A program made the position numbers and the translations under genes. DNA of 64,000 bases, taken from positions 37,386,001 to 37,450,000 of the forward strand of contig OX597814.1 of NCBI GenBank assembly GCA_951406725.2. Direction: 5' to 3'. Origin of the DNA: Octopus vulgaris (Eukaryota). Each line of letters opens with the position of its first letter. Positions within the stretch are counted from its first letter, which is position 1. The notes under the pieces were generated by a model that was not told where the DNA came from, searched no databases, and saw only the letters and a program-made list of their open reading frames with translations. Below are positions 27,192 to 40,342 of this stretch, one piece after another.

Positions 27192-28267
27192 ATCATATGA
27201 AAACATACAGATACATAAGCAGACATACAGACAAACAGATAGATAGATAGACAGATATATAGATAGATTTAGATATGCATATATATGTATCTATGTGTAT
27301 GCAAATAATTGTTTATACAAATATAAACAACGATAGAAAATAAAAGAATACTAAAACACAAACACATACATACACAGGGACATCCAGGGTGGTGTATGTG
27401 TATGTGCGTGTATGTGTATATGCATCTGTGTTTAAGATGCAGATATTGAGTTGTATATATTTTGTGGATATCTTAACATTTGCATAGACAGCACTCATTG
27501 ATTCCTCACGAAAGAGTTATGTTCTTGGTTTCTACATGGCATCCTCCTGGAAATGACCCCCTAGAAATAATCATCAGAATAATCGTTTTTGTTAATTCAT
27601 TAATGTTCGGTAACAAATGATCTTATCTCTACTGTCATTTAAATTTCAACTACAAAATTCTCTACTTGTTTTAGCAAAGTCAAGTATAATATACATTTAC
27701 ATCGTCGTTCTAAACCATTGTACACAAATATATTTAACATGTATGTACTATATTAGTGCACTAAGATGGAATAAAATATAGACACTACATCCATGCTAGA
27801 AATTCTAAATGATACTCTTAAATAATTAATTGAGAAATGCGAAACTGAAGTTCGTATATGCAATGGTAAAATATTATAAAGAGATGAAGAATATATGAAT
27901 ATACGTTGCAAAATACATGAGAAACTCTACGTCATTGCACTTAATTATAGAGTGAAACATTCTGGATGACTTACTGTTTGATTATTATAACCACAACATA
28001 TTTGTCTTTTTAACCACCGGTGCGCATCAGGAGATTGACGTAATTAATAGTGTTCTAGGAAAATATGGACCACAAATTTTATTAAATATACGACAGTTAG
28101 TTTGTTCGGGCTTATTCCAAGAATATACTACTATTGCTTGATGTATTTCGTTGAAGCAGAACGAGTAAGTGAAAAAAACATTTATATGAAGTTATGAGAC
28201 ACAAAGTCACACATATGTACATAGATACTTAGAAACACCCACACTCACGCACACACATGTGTATATG

Positions 28268-28299
<32 letters not shown>

Positions 28300-31200
28300 C
28301 AGTCACACGTAAATACACAGTTTCATGAACACACAAGCACACACTCAATCACAGACACACATACACGCACACACATATATATATATATATAAATATATTG
28401 TATGGTAAAAATGGACAAAACCGTTATATTGTGTTTCATGTTTCTGGTGTTCGTTTGGTTGCTTGGGAATGTGAAACAGACTAATTTTTCGTGAACTCTT
28501 GCTTGTAAGATATATGAAAAGAAAAAAAAAAGAAGTGCGAGACTATGTGCCCTCTCTCCGTTCTCATTGGAATTCATATATTAGAGCATAACTACACACC
28601 ACGTTTTGCCAGAGTATGTGGTGTACTTGTAAGCTCATGCCTATGTAATATATATATATATATATATATTCTTTTATTTTCCTACTTGCTGCAGTCGCTT
28701 GACTGCGGCAATGGTAGAGCACCGCCTTCATTTAAAGTGGCATCGGCCAATAATGCATTTAGATTTAAAGCATAAGTACGCATACAAATATATAAAGAAA
28801 GAAAGTGAGAGAGAGTGAGTTAGTGAGGGAGATACATAAACATTTATAATCATTGAACACATGAGAACATACAAATATATTATATGTATGTATCTTCAAG
28901 GTCTGATCAAGATACGGTGTTGTAAAATATTCTCTAGTGATTGTCATCACTACTATACCTGAGCATTGTTAAATAGTAGAATTATGACGAATCTGTTATC
29001 ATGTGTTTGAGGAATCAAGCGAATCAATACGGTAAATCAATCAGCTACCTTCATTTCTTCTGGAAGATACCAAGAAGAAAATACAAAGAATAATATACAA
29101 AGGCCAAAATGCAGAGAACAAAATATAAAATCTTCTATGTCCAATCAAGAATTCACCTTGGTCCAAGTTCGATTTAGAAAGTAAGGCTTGAATGATCTGA
29201 GCAGTATTGGCTTCAGATATTTCATTATTTCTATTATTATTGATTTCATTTTTTTGCTGTCAGCAAGACGCCTCTCCAAACTGATAGTGAGATGCGATCA
29301 TCTGCTTGAAATAATCTACGAAATGTCTAACATTAAAACTTTAGTTGTCTTTTGTGGTTAAGCCGGCCAGGATATTTAGGAAATTCTGTGTTCCATTTAA
29401 CATTTCGGCCATTCAAAAGAAAATATCTCAGCTTTTGTTTCTGAAATTTTGCAATTTTTTGGCATCAAAACAAGCATAGCATCGCGGATTGAGGTTATGG
29501 ATGGTTGTTGGAGTAGCGGCTAGAAAATAGTTTCCTATAGTTTCCTCTAAATATTCTCATTGTGAGAGCAACTTGCAACGGTAAACGGCAGTAACTGCAA
29601 CGAAAGCGTATCTAAACGTAACAACTCATCACCGCCGTCACCAAACCAATTTAAAGCTCTCTTCCGAAAGCAACATCATTAATATCATTGTCAGTAAAAC
29701 CACTGTAATGGGATTTTCATATTTTATCAATACCATCAAGTGCAGCATATTTCCCGCGCCTACATTATGTCGGATAGTGCTTAAATTAGAAATCACCATT
29801 ATAAATATGCATGTATTACATCACAGGAACTAATCGACACATCTCAAGCAAAACAAATAGTCCATCGCTCATATGCATTTCCACGACGAGACGTTTAGGA
29901 AATACGATGTCAAATATGATTAAGAAATATAACTTAGCAATATGCCTCTACTTTGTGTACATTGGCCTATGGATAGCAAGCAAATTTAGTTTTAAGTAAA
30001 TGTTGGATATATTGTTAGTGCGCTTTCTTAATATACTGATTTTTACTATCTCTGCAGCCAATGTATTTATTAATTTGTTCAAGATAATTTTAAACTCGGA
30101 TATGCTTTTTCGTATTCGTTTATAGGCACCTTTTCTTCCACCTTCCTCTTCTCTGCAACGCACATAAATACTTGCAGCGAACTGTGATTATAAAAAAATT
30201 GTCCCAATAAATAAATAAATATATATATATATATTATTATTATTATTTTCTAGCAAAGAAATCCTGCAGGGATTTTGGTAATTATGATGACAGAATAGCT
30301 GTCAAGTATTGACTGGCTTATGCCAGGAAAATGGCGCACTATTTATAGCCCATGATGATTGGCTTTAGTATAGTATCCATGTATAATATATACATGTTGT
30401 TTATTAAATATGTTAAAGATCACTACTTGAAATGGTAGAGGCAATGTATCAATGAGGAATATATTATAAGCATGAACAGTTACATTTGAATAAGCCCATA
30501 ATCCAACGGTTCTCAGCACGTCAATCGGAGAAATATATGTTACTTTAATTCAAACAGAAGGACAATTGCGTAGCAGAACGTCCCATAACAATAGATCATG
30601 CGACGATATCATCGCTGTTATATCCCTGCAGATTCATACGCGACAAAAGTTGATAACGCCAAATAAATACAGATATTTTCGTGCATATTGCAATATAGCA
30701 ATCTATAATGCAGTCATATAACACATATCAAAAACGAAAATGTGAATGAGATTATCATTGATTGAATACTGAGTAATGAAACATCGATTGGCAATATTCT
30801 TAAAGTGTGTCTTCATCTTTTGAGGCAAAATGAGAAAGTAAAATATTAACTCCACACTCTTTCAACTAAATTTCAGTACTCATAAATTAAAGTTTTTCCA
30901 ATAACGGTCTAGATATTGTCAGTTACAATCATTGTATCCTTTGTCATATTTGAAATATCATTTCTAGATGGATTTAATGTAGAAAAACTTTGCACTTGTT
31001 GAACAAATGTGTCACTATCGAAAAATCGTTACAATTCTATTTCTGATATATTAGAAAGTGTAAATGACAAAGATGAACAACACAATTAGGAAATACAATC
31101 TGATATCGTGATATACAGTATTGATTTCGGTTGCATTATTCACGAGTAGAACAGAATTTGACACAGATTTATCGAGGCATACGCAATTTCACAGTGCCTA

Positions 31201-31667
31201 CAAAATTTTACAATCCCAGTACGAATGACGTATATCTTCAGGCATCTGCAGCGCAAACGTATTGTATTTAGGCTGTAGACACGGTTGGAACGTATCACCG
31301 ATTACTTGACTTGCTAAAATATGTAGCTAGTGTTTTATATATATGTTTTGTTTTCATGCTTTCCTCTTTAACAAAATATAAGACGAAAATGATCAGCAAA
31401 GAAACACAAAAGAAGAATACATACTAAATCTTCTAAATCCGAAAATAAAAGGGAAATAGCTAACTGCATTACAAAATCCCAACTTCATATATATGCATTA
31501 TTCCGAAACGTGTGCTTGGTAAGTTTAAATACGAAAGCGCTTACATGAAAAATATACATTAGGCATACAACCATACACTACATACACAAATTTTCCACAA
31601 AGTTTTGTGACGTTGTGTCAAATGAAGATGTTTTTAAAGTAGTTAATTACATTAAAAAAATGTTTTT

Positions 31668-31718
<51 letters not shown>

Positions 31719-31731
31719 GTATGTATATATG

Positions 31732-31786
<55 letters not shown>

Positions 31787-32503
31787 GTATGTATGCATGT
31801 ATATCAGGAAGAGAATCTGAAAATGCAGGTGTCTTTTTAAAATATTTATTATCTTGTTCGGTTTCACTTATTTGAAAATATTTTCATAAGTAAAACGTGT
31901 GAGTTTGTTTATCCTCTGTGGTGTCAACAATTAGTTTACAAAAATGTATTCATATCAAGTGATAGAGGCTTTGGCAATGATAAGAAAAGGTTTGAGGCTT
32001 TGTGTACCCTCTGTGATGAGTCAAGAAATAGTTTACATAAAAAAACCCATTCAGATCAGGTAATTAAATATTTATAATAATAATAATAATTTAGTTTACA
32101 TGAATATAGCCCGATGAAGTAATAGAGTCATTGACAAGGAGACAAAATAGGTAACAGCCCATTTACAGTTCTCGGGTCTAGCATCTAAAGGTCTTGCATC
32201 TGGCTGGCGATTGGCAGTTACATCATTTTTGAATTTATCTAATTTCATTGGCAACTGGATTAATGCATATGCCACTTATTCTTTATCTTTTTGATTCCCG
32301 TACTGTAACGTGAAAATATTCCGCAAACTATCCAATATCTGCGAATTAGCATCTGTGAGTTGAGTTACTTGATAATATTCCTCAACACAGTACTGAATAA
32401 AGTGCTAAAATTTCTAAATAAAATAGTTACTGTTGTACATAGTTACTACTATATTTACACCTCTTCTCCGAGACTTTCATTTTAGACAATATACTAAGTA
32501 GCT

Positions 32504-33016
32504 GTGGAGGCGCAATGGTACAGTGGTTAGGGAAGCGGACTCGTGGTTGTAGGATCGTAGTTTCGATTCCCAGACCGGGCATTGTGTGTGTTTATTGAGC
32601 GAAAACACCTAAAAGTTTCACGAGGCTCCGGCAGAGTGTGGTGGTAAACCCTGCTCTACCCTTCCACCACAGCATTCTCTCATTCTTTCTTCCTGTTTCT
32701 GTTGTACGTGTATTTCAATGAGCCTTCCTTGTGACACTCAGTGTCACGCTGAATCTCCCTGAGAACTTCATTAAGAGTACACGGGTCTGTGAAGTGCTCA
32801 GCCATGTGCACGTTAATAAATGAGCTGCGACGACATTAGTGCCAAGCTCTATCAGCCTTTGTCTTTCCCTTGGATAACATCGGTGCCGTGGAGAAGAAGC
32901 GAGGCTGGTATGAGTGGGCGACTCATGGTCTTCCATAAACAGCCTTGCCCAGAATTGTGCCTCGGAAGGTAACTTTCTAGGTGCAATCCCATGGTCATTC
33001 ATGATGGAAGGGGGTC
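32504..33016 (+). mobile_element. full-length tRNA-derived SINE with an 18-bp target-site duplication (TSD)
   Basis: A box tggtacagtgg, B box gtttcgattcc; TSD acaatatactaagtagct (32486-32503) / acaagatactgagtagct (33017-33034). Confidence 0.88.
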
Positions 33017-33263
33017 ACAAGATACTGAGTAGCTAAACCATTATATGTTATTAGACACAAGAGCTTGTTCGTTCTGCATCTTACAACCATTCCCGGGCAA
33101 AAACTAATATATGTTAGCGACGCTATAGAAATTATAATGTTGCATTTTCATTCTATACTGTTTGGACAAGTAATGATTATTAATTAATGAACAAATGGTT
33201 TTTGATATACTTTTTGATGAACAAAATATAAAGCAAATCTTGTCCACAAAAGAATATTTACTA

Positions 33264-33336
<73 letters not shown>

Positions 33337-33379
33337 CGTGTGTGTATATATATATATATATGTATTTTTATATATATGC

Positions 33380-33442
<63 letters not shown>

Positions 33443-33652
33443 TATATATATGTATGTGAGTGCGTCTATGTACCTAATTCAAATTTACACAAAAAGAACG
33501 GCGATGGCAGGTATAGGAACAAGCAGGTGTATTAGTTTAACACTCAGGGAAAAAGGAAAATCCTTTTTATATATATATATATATATATGCTTACACTTAT
33601 GCATTACGTCTGTTTATCGATATATCTACACACTACACACACACACATACAG

Positions 33653-33683
<31 letters not shown>

Positions 33684-34075
33684 TCATAGACACGCGAAAC
33701 AACTCACCTTCAATCTCGAACGGGAGTGATGGACGTTTATGTTTTATCATTTTTTGCCTTAGGAACATGACATACTTGAAATGAATTGGAGGCAAACAGA
33801 ATCACCATTCTGGCTATATACAAATGGTTTTAAAAGATATTTAGTAGTTTGTCCGAACAATGAATAAGTAAGGATAAATTCAATGAGTTGTCAACCCAAC
33901 TATAGCATCCACCACTTTAATGGATTTTTCTACACCGAGACAAATTGCAACCTACCGGAGAAGAAGTACTGTTCTTGCAATTTGTATGTATGTTCGATAA
34001 AGAATGTGTGCCTCTCTGTCACTTTCTCTCTTAATCTTTCAATCTATCTTTGTGAGTTTTACACACACGCACACA

Positions 34076-34168
<93 letters not shown>

Positions 34169-34401
34169 ACACATATATACATTCTAAGCTTTCTTCCAGG
34201 GGATCTAATGCACTTGGCTTAGATTTCCCGTGGCGGGCTGCCCATATCGGAGCAATCTCAAGATTAATCAGCCGAAATTGCTAAGATGATCTGGTTCTTG
34301 ACTGATGACTGAGGGCTTCGAATGTCCCGTCCTGTGGTTCTTGTGTCGTCTCTGTGGCGTTTCATGTTCTTGTCCATGTCTGTAATTATTTTTACTGTTT
34401 A

Positions 34402-34477
<76 letters not shown>

Positions 34478-34521
34478 CACAGAGAGTGAGAGTCATAGGT
34501 ATGAGTATGTGCAGCTATGTG

Positions 34522-35152
34522 TCTATATTAAACGAAAAGATATAAATATGTAATGTGAAGAATCAAAAGACCTTGTAATTCAATCCGCAAACATGACTCC
34601 GATTAGAAATAGATTTATAGGACAATTGTACATGAAACATTAAAATTTATAAACACACAGACATTGAAAAAAATCTATAAGTAAATAAACATATGAAAAA
34701 TGAATATGTGTGAAGTAATAGATTTCAAAGAATTTCCGGATGCAGACATAAAACTGTTAAAACATGAGTGTATAGGTAGGATCATTGGAGAAACAAAATC
34801 AAAGAAACGATGAGTAGCTTTGTTAAAATTCGGAATTTTAACTTCGCTCCTCATCGTTTCTTTTAGTTTGTTTGCATCACCACTTCAGACTTCCTCGAAT
34901 ATTTTACCTATATACACATGTTTTAACGTTTTTTCGTCTGTATCCAGAGTTCTTTAAAATCTATTACTTTACATATATATATATATATATAATATATTCA
35001 ATTATTTATAGTTTTATTTTTAAATGTCTATGTATTGATATATTTTTAATGTATCATGTGCAATTGACCTATAAATCCATCTTTAATTGAGGATTGAATT
35101 ACCAGGTCTTTGTTTCTTCACCTTACATATTTATGTTTCGTCTCAATTTACA
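34522..35152. repeat. diverged inverted repeat with about 300-bp arms
   Basis: Centre gttaaaattc-g-gaattttaac at 34822-34842; outer pairs such as gaccttgtaattcaatcc / ggattgaattaccaggtc. Confidence 0.8.
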
Positions 35153-35631
35153 CTTGAGCGATTCTAAATCCAAACCTCTATATTGTGAGAGAATTTCTAA
35201 TCAATCTTCTTTCTTAAATCAATTATGTAGAACGAAAAGGAAATACGAAAATTAAACCAGCGTGGATAGAGGTATATATATGAACAGGTGCATTTGTCGC
35301 TAATGTATAGCATGTAAGAAAAATGCTATATATATTGAGAAAAAGTATAATTTCCGACCGCAATCCAATAGCTTATTTAACAGTAAAGAAAAGGAGACGT
35401 GAAGTATATTAAGAATCAAAAATTTTTGAAAATGTAACTGTCATAATGAAAAGAAGTTTTCGTTTTGTTTGTACAATACGGGAACTGTGGTCTTATGATT
35501 TGCTTCAATATTTGTCAGTGTTCTGCTTCGTGTATAAATCTAGGCGAGCAGGGTTACAATCACCACTGTGATCTAGGCCACGTGAAACAAATACCACAGT
35601 AAAACAATACCTCCGGCTAAGCGAAGATGGA

Positions 35632-35675
<44 letters not shown>

Positions 35676-35732
35676 CAATAATAATAACAATAATAATAAT
35701 AATAATAATGATAATAATTATAATAATAATAA

Positions 35733-35777
<45 letters not shown>

Positions 35778-35804
35778 TATAATACTAATAATATTCATAA
35801 TAAT

Positions 35805-36684
35805 GTTGACAAAGCCCTTATCCATCAATGGATAGTGAGTTCTGGCTTAAAATCAGAAACAGAAGGGTCTATCATAGCAGCCCAAGGTCAATGCCTAATA
35901 CAAGGAACCACCAGGCCAACATATTAATGAACGGTAGTAGAGCAACATGTCATTCAAGTAAACACAAAATTAAATCATTGATGACGCTGCTTCTGCGTGC
36001 AGACATCTTGCGCCAACAGAGTATCTCAACAGGTATGACAGAGCAGCACAATATATTCATTGGGTAATTTGCAAAAACCTGGACCTGCCCCATGATAAAA
36101 ACTGGTGCGAACACAAAACACCTCCAGTGCTAGAAAATGAACCAATGTCACTCCACTGGAACTTCAACGTTCAAACTGAGAGAGAGATAAATGCCAGACG
36201 TTATATTGAAAGACTTGAAAGAAAATCATGCCTTCTCATTTATATTATTGTACCAATCGACATGAATGTATCTGTCAAGACCTACCAAAAACTGAGCAAA
36301 CATAAAGATCTTGAAATAGAAATTGGCAAAATGTGGAACCTCAAGTCTAAAACAATGCCAGTTGTGATAAGGGCCTTAGGAATGATAGCAAAATGGGCTG
36401 ATTCCTATCTAGCTCAGATAAAAGGAAACATCAAAATGGCAGATATTCAAAAGGTAGTGCTCATGGGAACTGCCTATATCCCACGTAAAATCCTGTCTAA
36501 GTAATCTCAAATTTTAAAACAAATTTATAATTTTCTTATGTATTCTCTAGAACAATACTATGTACAAAACCAAATATATGAGACCTTAGGCAAAACAACA
36601 ACATGAACTTCTAACTTGTTGCCTCTTGAGGTCTCTGGGTGAGACGTGGAGTCCACTTGTACGAATACAATGCAAAAGTCAAAG

Positions 36685-36686
<2 letters not shown>
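35805..36686 (+). mobile_element. R4/Dong-type 3' end in (TAA)n
   Basis: SGLKSETEG.IIAAQ, WNFNVQTERE, KLSKHKDLEIE, VLMGTAYI. Confidence 0.88.
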
Positions 36687-36741
<55 letters not shown>

Positions 36742-36761
36742 GAAGAAGAAGAAGAAGAAGA

Positions 36762-37052
36762 ATGATCAAGAAGGGAACCGAAAATTATATGAGAATGATC
36801 CCTGGCTTACCATCCCTGCAAGAAGTGCAAAAGATTGTCTTAACTGGTACATCACACGTATTGAGAAGAGCATTGTCGATGTGAGAACTGTTGCTGCTCA
36901 TGTATTTTAATTTAACTTTAAAAAAAAAAAAAATGAACGAACTACTGAGTTTGGTTTAATGGCCTACCAATGTATACTATGAGTTTCTTTGCCCTAGGAG
37001 TCGGGAAGACACTCGGCAAGAAATGGAAGCAAATTTGAAAGAAGAAAAAAAA
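36762..37052 (+). mobile_element. short R4/Dong-type 3' end
   Basis: MIKKGTENY..IPG..LQEVQKIVLTGTSHVLRRALSM, followed by a UTR and (TAA)n. Confidence 0.8.
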
Positions 37053-37053
37053 A

Positions 37054-37108
<55 letters not shown>

Positions 37109-38551
37109 TAATAATAATAATATTGATAATAACGATAACAATAATAAAATACCCTGATGTAATACCAGGCAGTGGCTCTCATGGTTTCTTAACTGATTGG
37201 AAGTGTTATGGACGTTGTTTTGTCTTCGTATAAAGATTATCTACAGTAAATATTCTGTTTAATACCGCAGATTTGCTTGTCAATTGATTGACCTTAAAAC
37301 TAAAAACGTTTGTAATCTGAAATTTTCCATTATATATTGAGAACTGATTTTGGGAGTATTCATTCTGAATTAATTCAGACAATCTTCTACTATTTATTGT
37401 TAATCTCATTGATCAACCAGACAATATATATAATGAAGGCGATTAAGCCATTTTTATAATGTTCGTCTACTTCACCATTCCAAAGGAAAAATTGACGTTC
37501 AGGCTGTCTTCTAATTTACTAATACTTAGACTATACTGATATAGAATTTGAAATACATAACTGAATCTGCAAATGTAAGGAGTTTCTTATTTACAGTGAG
37601 TGAATACTTGAGAAAAATTATAGAGAAATACACCTGGGAACTCTGCCTATGACATGAAGCCTATTTTCTTAATTTTATGGTTATTGCTTAGACGGTCTAA
37701 CCTATAGGCATGATTTCTCTCAATGAGCTATTGCTATCGATTAACAATTGATAAAATATTGATTGAACATATATAAGCCGTTGCAATTTCCCGAACTTCA
37801 CCTGTACGGCTTAAATAAATAGTCAATATAAGTTCCTTAGTGCAATGCAGTCGATAAATAACCAGTTAGTAATACAATGAAATTAAATTGTATAGAGTGG
37901 TTCCTTCTATCATTTCTGTGCTACGCTTAAACAAAACACTGCGCTGTAGACAAGTACTGTTACTAAGAATTAGTTTCGATTGAAACATTCAAATATCTAG
38001 ACACACTTTAATTACTTCTCATAATTACAATTCTTTAAATGTCTAGGAACAGCATTAATAAATATGTGTGTGCGTGTGTATGCATGATTATAAGTGCGTG
38101 TGTGCGTACACAATTTACATTTGTCAGGGAAACTTAAGTATTGCTACACATAAATTCAGTCATATCATAGTCATCATAATTTCGTTTCGGGTACATTATT
38201 TTTCATGAGAAAATAACGTATATATATATGTATATATATACATTTCAGAATGTAGAATTTACGTATTGATTTGATATACGTCCTAAAATTTGGCAAGTAT
38301 TAAATTATCCAAAGATATATATAGAAGAATGCGTAAATCCATTGTGAATTAAAATCGTGTGAAACATGAATAGATTAACAAAATTTAGGCTCCATATGAA
38401 CATGTTTATCTTATGAATACTAAAATTCAAACGTTAACTAAATCATGCATACAAACATACACACACACACACACGCACGCACATACACACACACAAACAC
38501 ACATATACAAATGCTTGTATGTAAAAATATGTGTGTGGGAATATATATATG

Positions 38552-38589
<38 letters not shown>

Positions 38590-39228
38590 CATATATATAT
38601 ACACGTATATGTATTTGTATTTATTTATATGTATGCGTGTATGTGTGTATGTATACGTTAATTCCCCTGAATTGATGCATTACAGAACTCAATAAAAATG
38701 TGAAGTATTCGTTCATACTTTATAACTGGAGGGCGCTATTTTCCGTAAACAATCTTTCAACAATTGCTCTTCGTAATATAGACGTCCTTTTATCCATTTC
38801 TAACCGTTGAATTTCGCCAGTTTTTTTCTATATCCTCGAGTTGTTACTTCAGAGTTAAAATGCCGTCGGAAATTAGAAAAGATGTTGGTCGGTTAGATTA
38901 TATCTGTTATTTAGAGCAAGAAATCACATCATTGATAGCGTTCTATTGATTCTGAAGGCCAATTAATTTAAAAGTTCATGCGAGTGTATGCAAGTTCAAG
39001 GGCAGTTTCTTCGGTGGTTCGACCAGGTGAAAACTCTACTTTGAATGATAGAGATTATACACCCACACACCCACACATACACACACACACATACATATAT
39101 GTATATATATATATGTGTGTGTGTGTATGTATTTATATGTGTGTGTGTGTGTATGAGAGTAAATGGTACACGCGTTGGAATCCTCAGTCGTATATGTAAT
39201 TATTTATCTCTCTCTCTTTCTCTCTCTT

Positions 39229-39272
<44 letters not shown>

Positions 39273-39291
39273 GATAAATAGATAGATAGGC

Positions 39292-39430
39292 AGTTCAAAT
39301 TTAGAGAAAACATAAGACAAAGACAGGTGTATGAACAACAAGCAAGTGTATTATTTTGACACTGGAAAAACAAAAACATCTTTTATATTTCGCCCTTACT
39401 CTCTTCAACAGAAAGAAAGAGAGAAAATGA
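39292..39430 (-). mobile_element. short dispersed element with a variant hammerhead-like core
   Basis: Related copies at about 1920-2050 (+), 33475-33570 (-) and 50320-50415 (+); minus strand reads tcttt CTGTTGA agagagtaagggc GAAA ta TA aaaga. Confidence 0.6.
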
Positions 39431-39573
39431 GCACGCCATATCTCTACCACGCCATATAACAGCCTACCAGCAAATCCCTTGTTCATGAACTTTATGTATA
39501 CGTGGTCGATAGTGTTTATAACACTAGCGCTGATTTAATTCATATTTGAATTAAATATATATTTATTTTTCTT

Positions 39574-39610
<37 letters not shown>

Positions 39611-39786
39611 ATAAATATTAGGGAATAAATCCAAATTTACAGGGAAAAAAATCAGATTTAGGATTAAATCCAATTTTATAGTAAAATATTATAAAATATT
39701 ATTAGAGACAAAACCACTATTTTGCAAAACAAACAAGGAAAGACTTAATCAATACATAAAATTTTAATAAATAGTCAAAAAAACCG

Positions 39787-39829
39787 CCACTACAATCGTT
39801 TCTTGTCTTGATCGACAATCTTCAGGTGG
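39787..39829 (-). ncRNA. minimal type I hammerhead ribozyme
   Basis: Mirror copy of 39878-39920. Confidence 0.85.
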
Positions 39830-39877
39830 ACTTCCAATAAGTCAGTTTCAAATTATTGAAACTGACTTATTGGAAGT

Positions 39878-39920
39878 CCACCTGAAGATTGTCGATCAAG
39901 ACAAGAAACGATTGTAGTGG
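39878..39920 (+). ncRNA. minimal type I hammerhead ribozyme
   Basis: CCAC CTGAAGA TTGTC gatcaa GACAA GAAA C gatt G TA GTGG: complete core, helix I and II perfectly paired, GUA cleavage triplet. Confidence 0.88.
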
Positions 39921-40037
39921 CGGTTTTTTTGACTATTTATTAAAATTTTATGTATTGATTAAGTCTTTCCTTGTTTGTTTTGCAAAATAGTGGTTTTGTC
40001 TCTAATAATATTTTATATATATATATATATATATATT

Positions 40038-40188
40038 TATATAAAAAGGAAATGAAGAAAATGCTGACAAAATAATTTAAGTAAGGGAGAGTGTATTTAA
40101 TTAGGTGAAAGTTCTTTCACCTAATTAAATACACTCTCCCTTACTTAAATTAATTTGTCAGCATTTTCTTCATTTCCTTTTTTATATA
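40038..40188. repeat. near-perfect hairpin (about 74-bp arms, 2-nt loop)
   Basis: Centre gtgaaag-tt-ctttcac; one mismatch and one indel. Confidence 0.92.
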
Positions 40189-40233
40189 TCACAACTCGTG
40201 TTCCACATCTCCTTTTTTAAATATATATATATA

Positions 40234-40342
<109 letters not shown>

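Larger units (their letters stand above)
39690..40017. mobile_element. perfect palindrome (162-bp arms, 4-nt spacer) between (TA)n tracts
   Basis: 39690-39851 is the exact reverse complement of 39856-40017. Confidence 0.95.
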
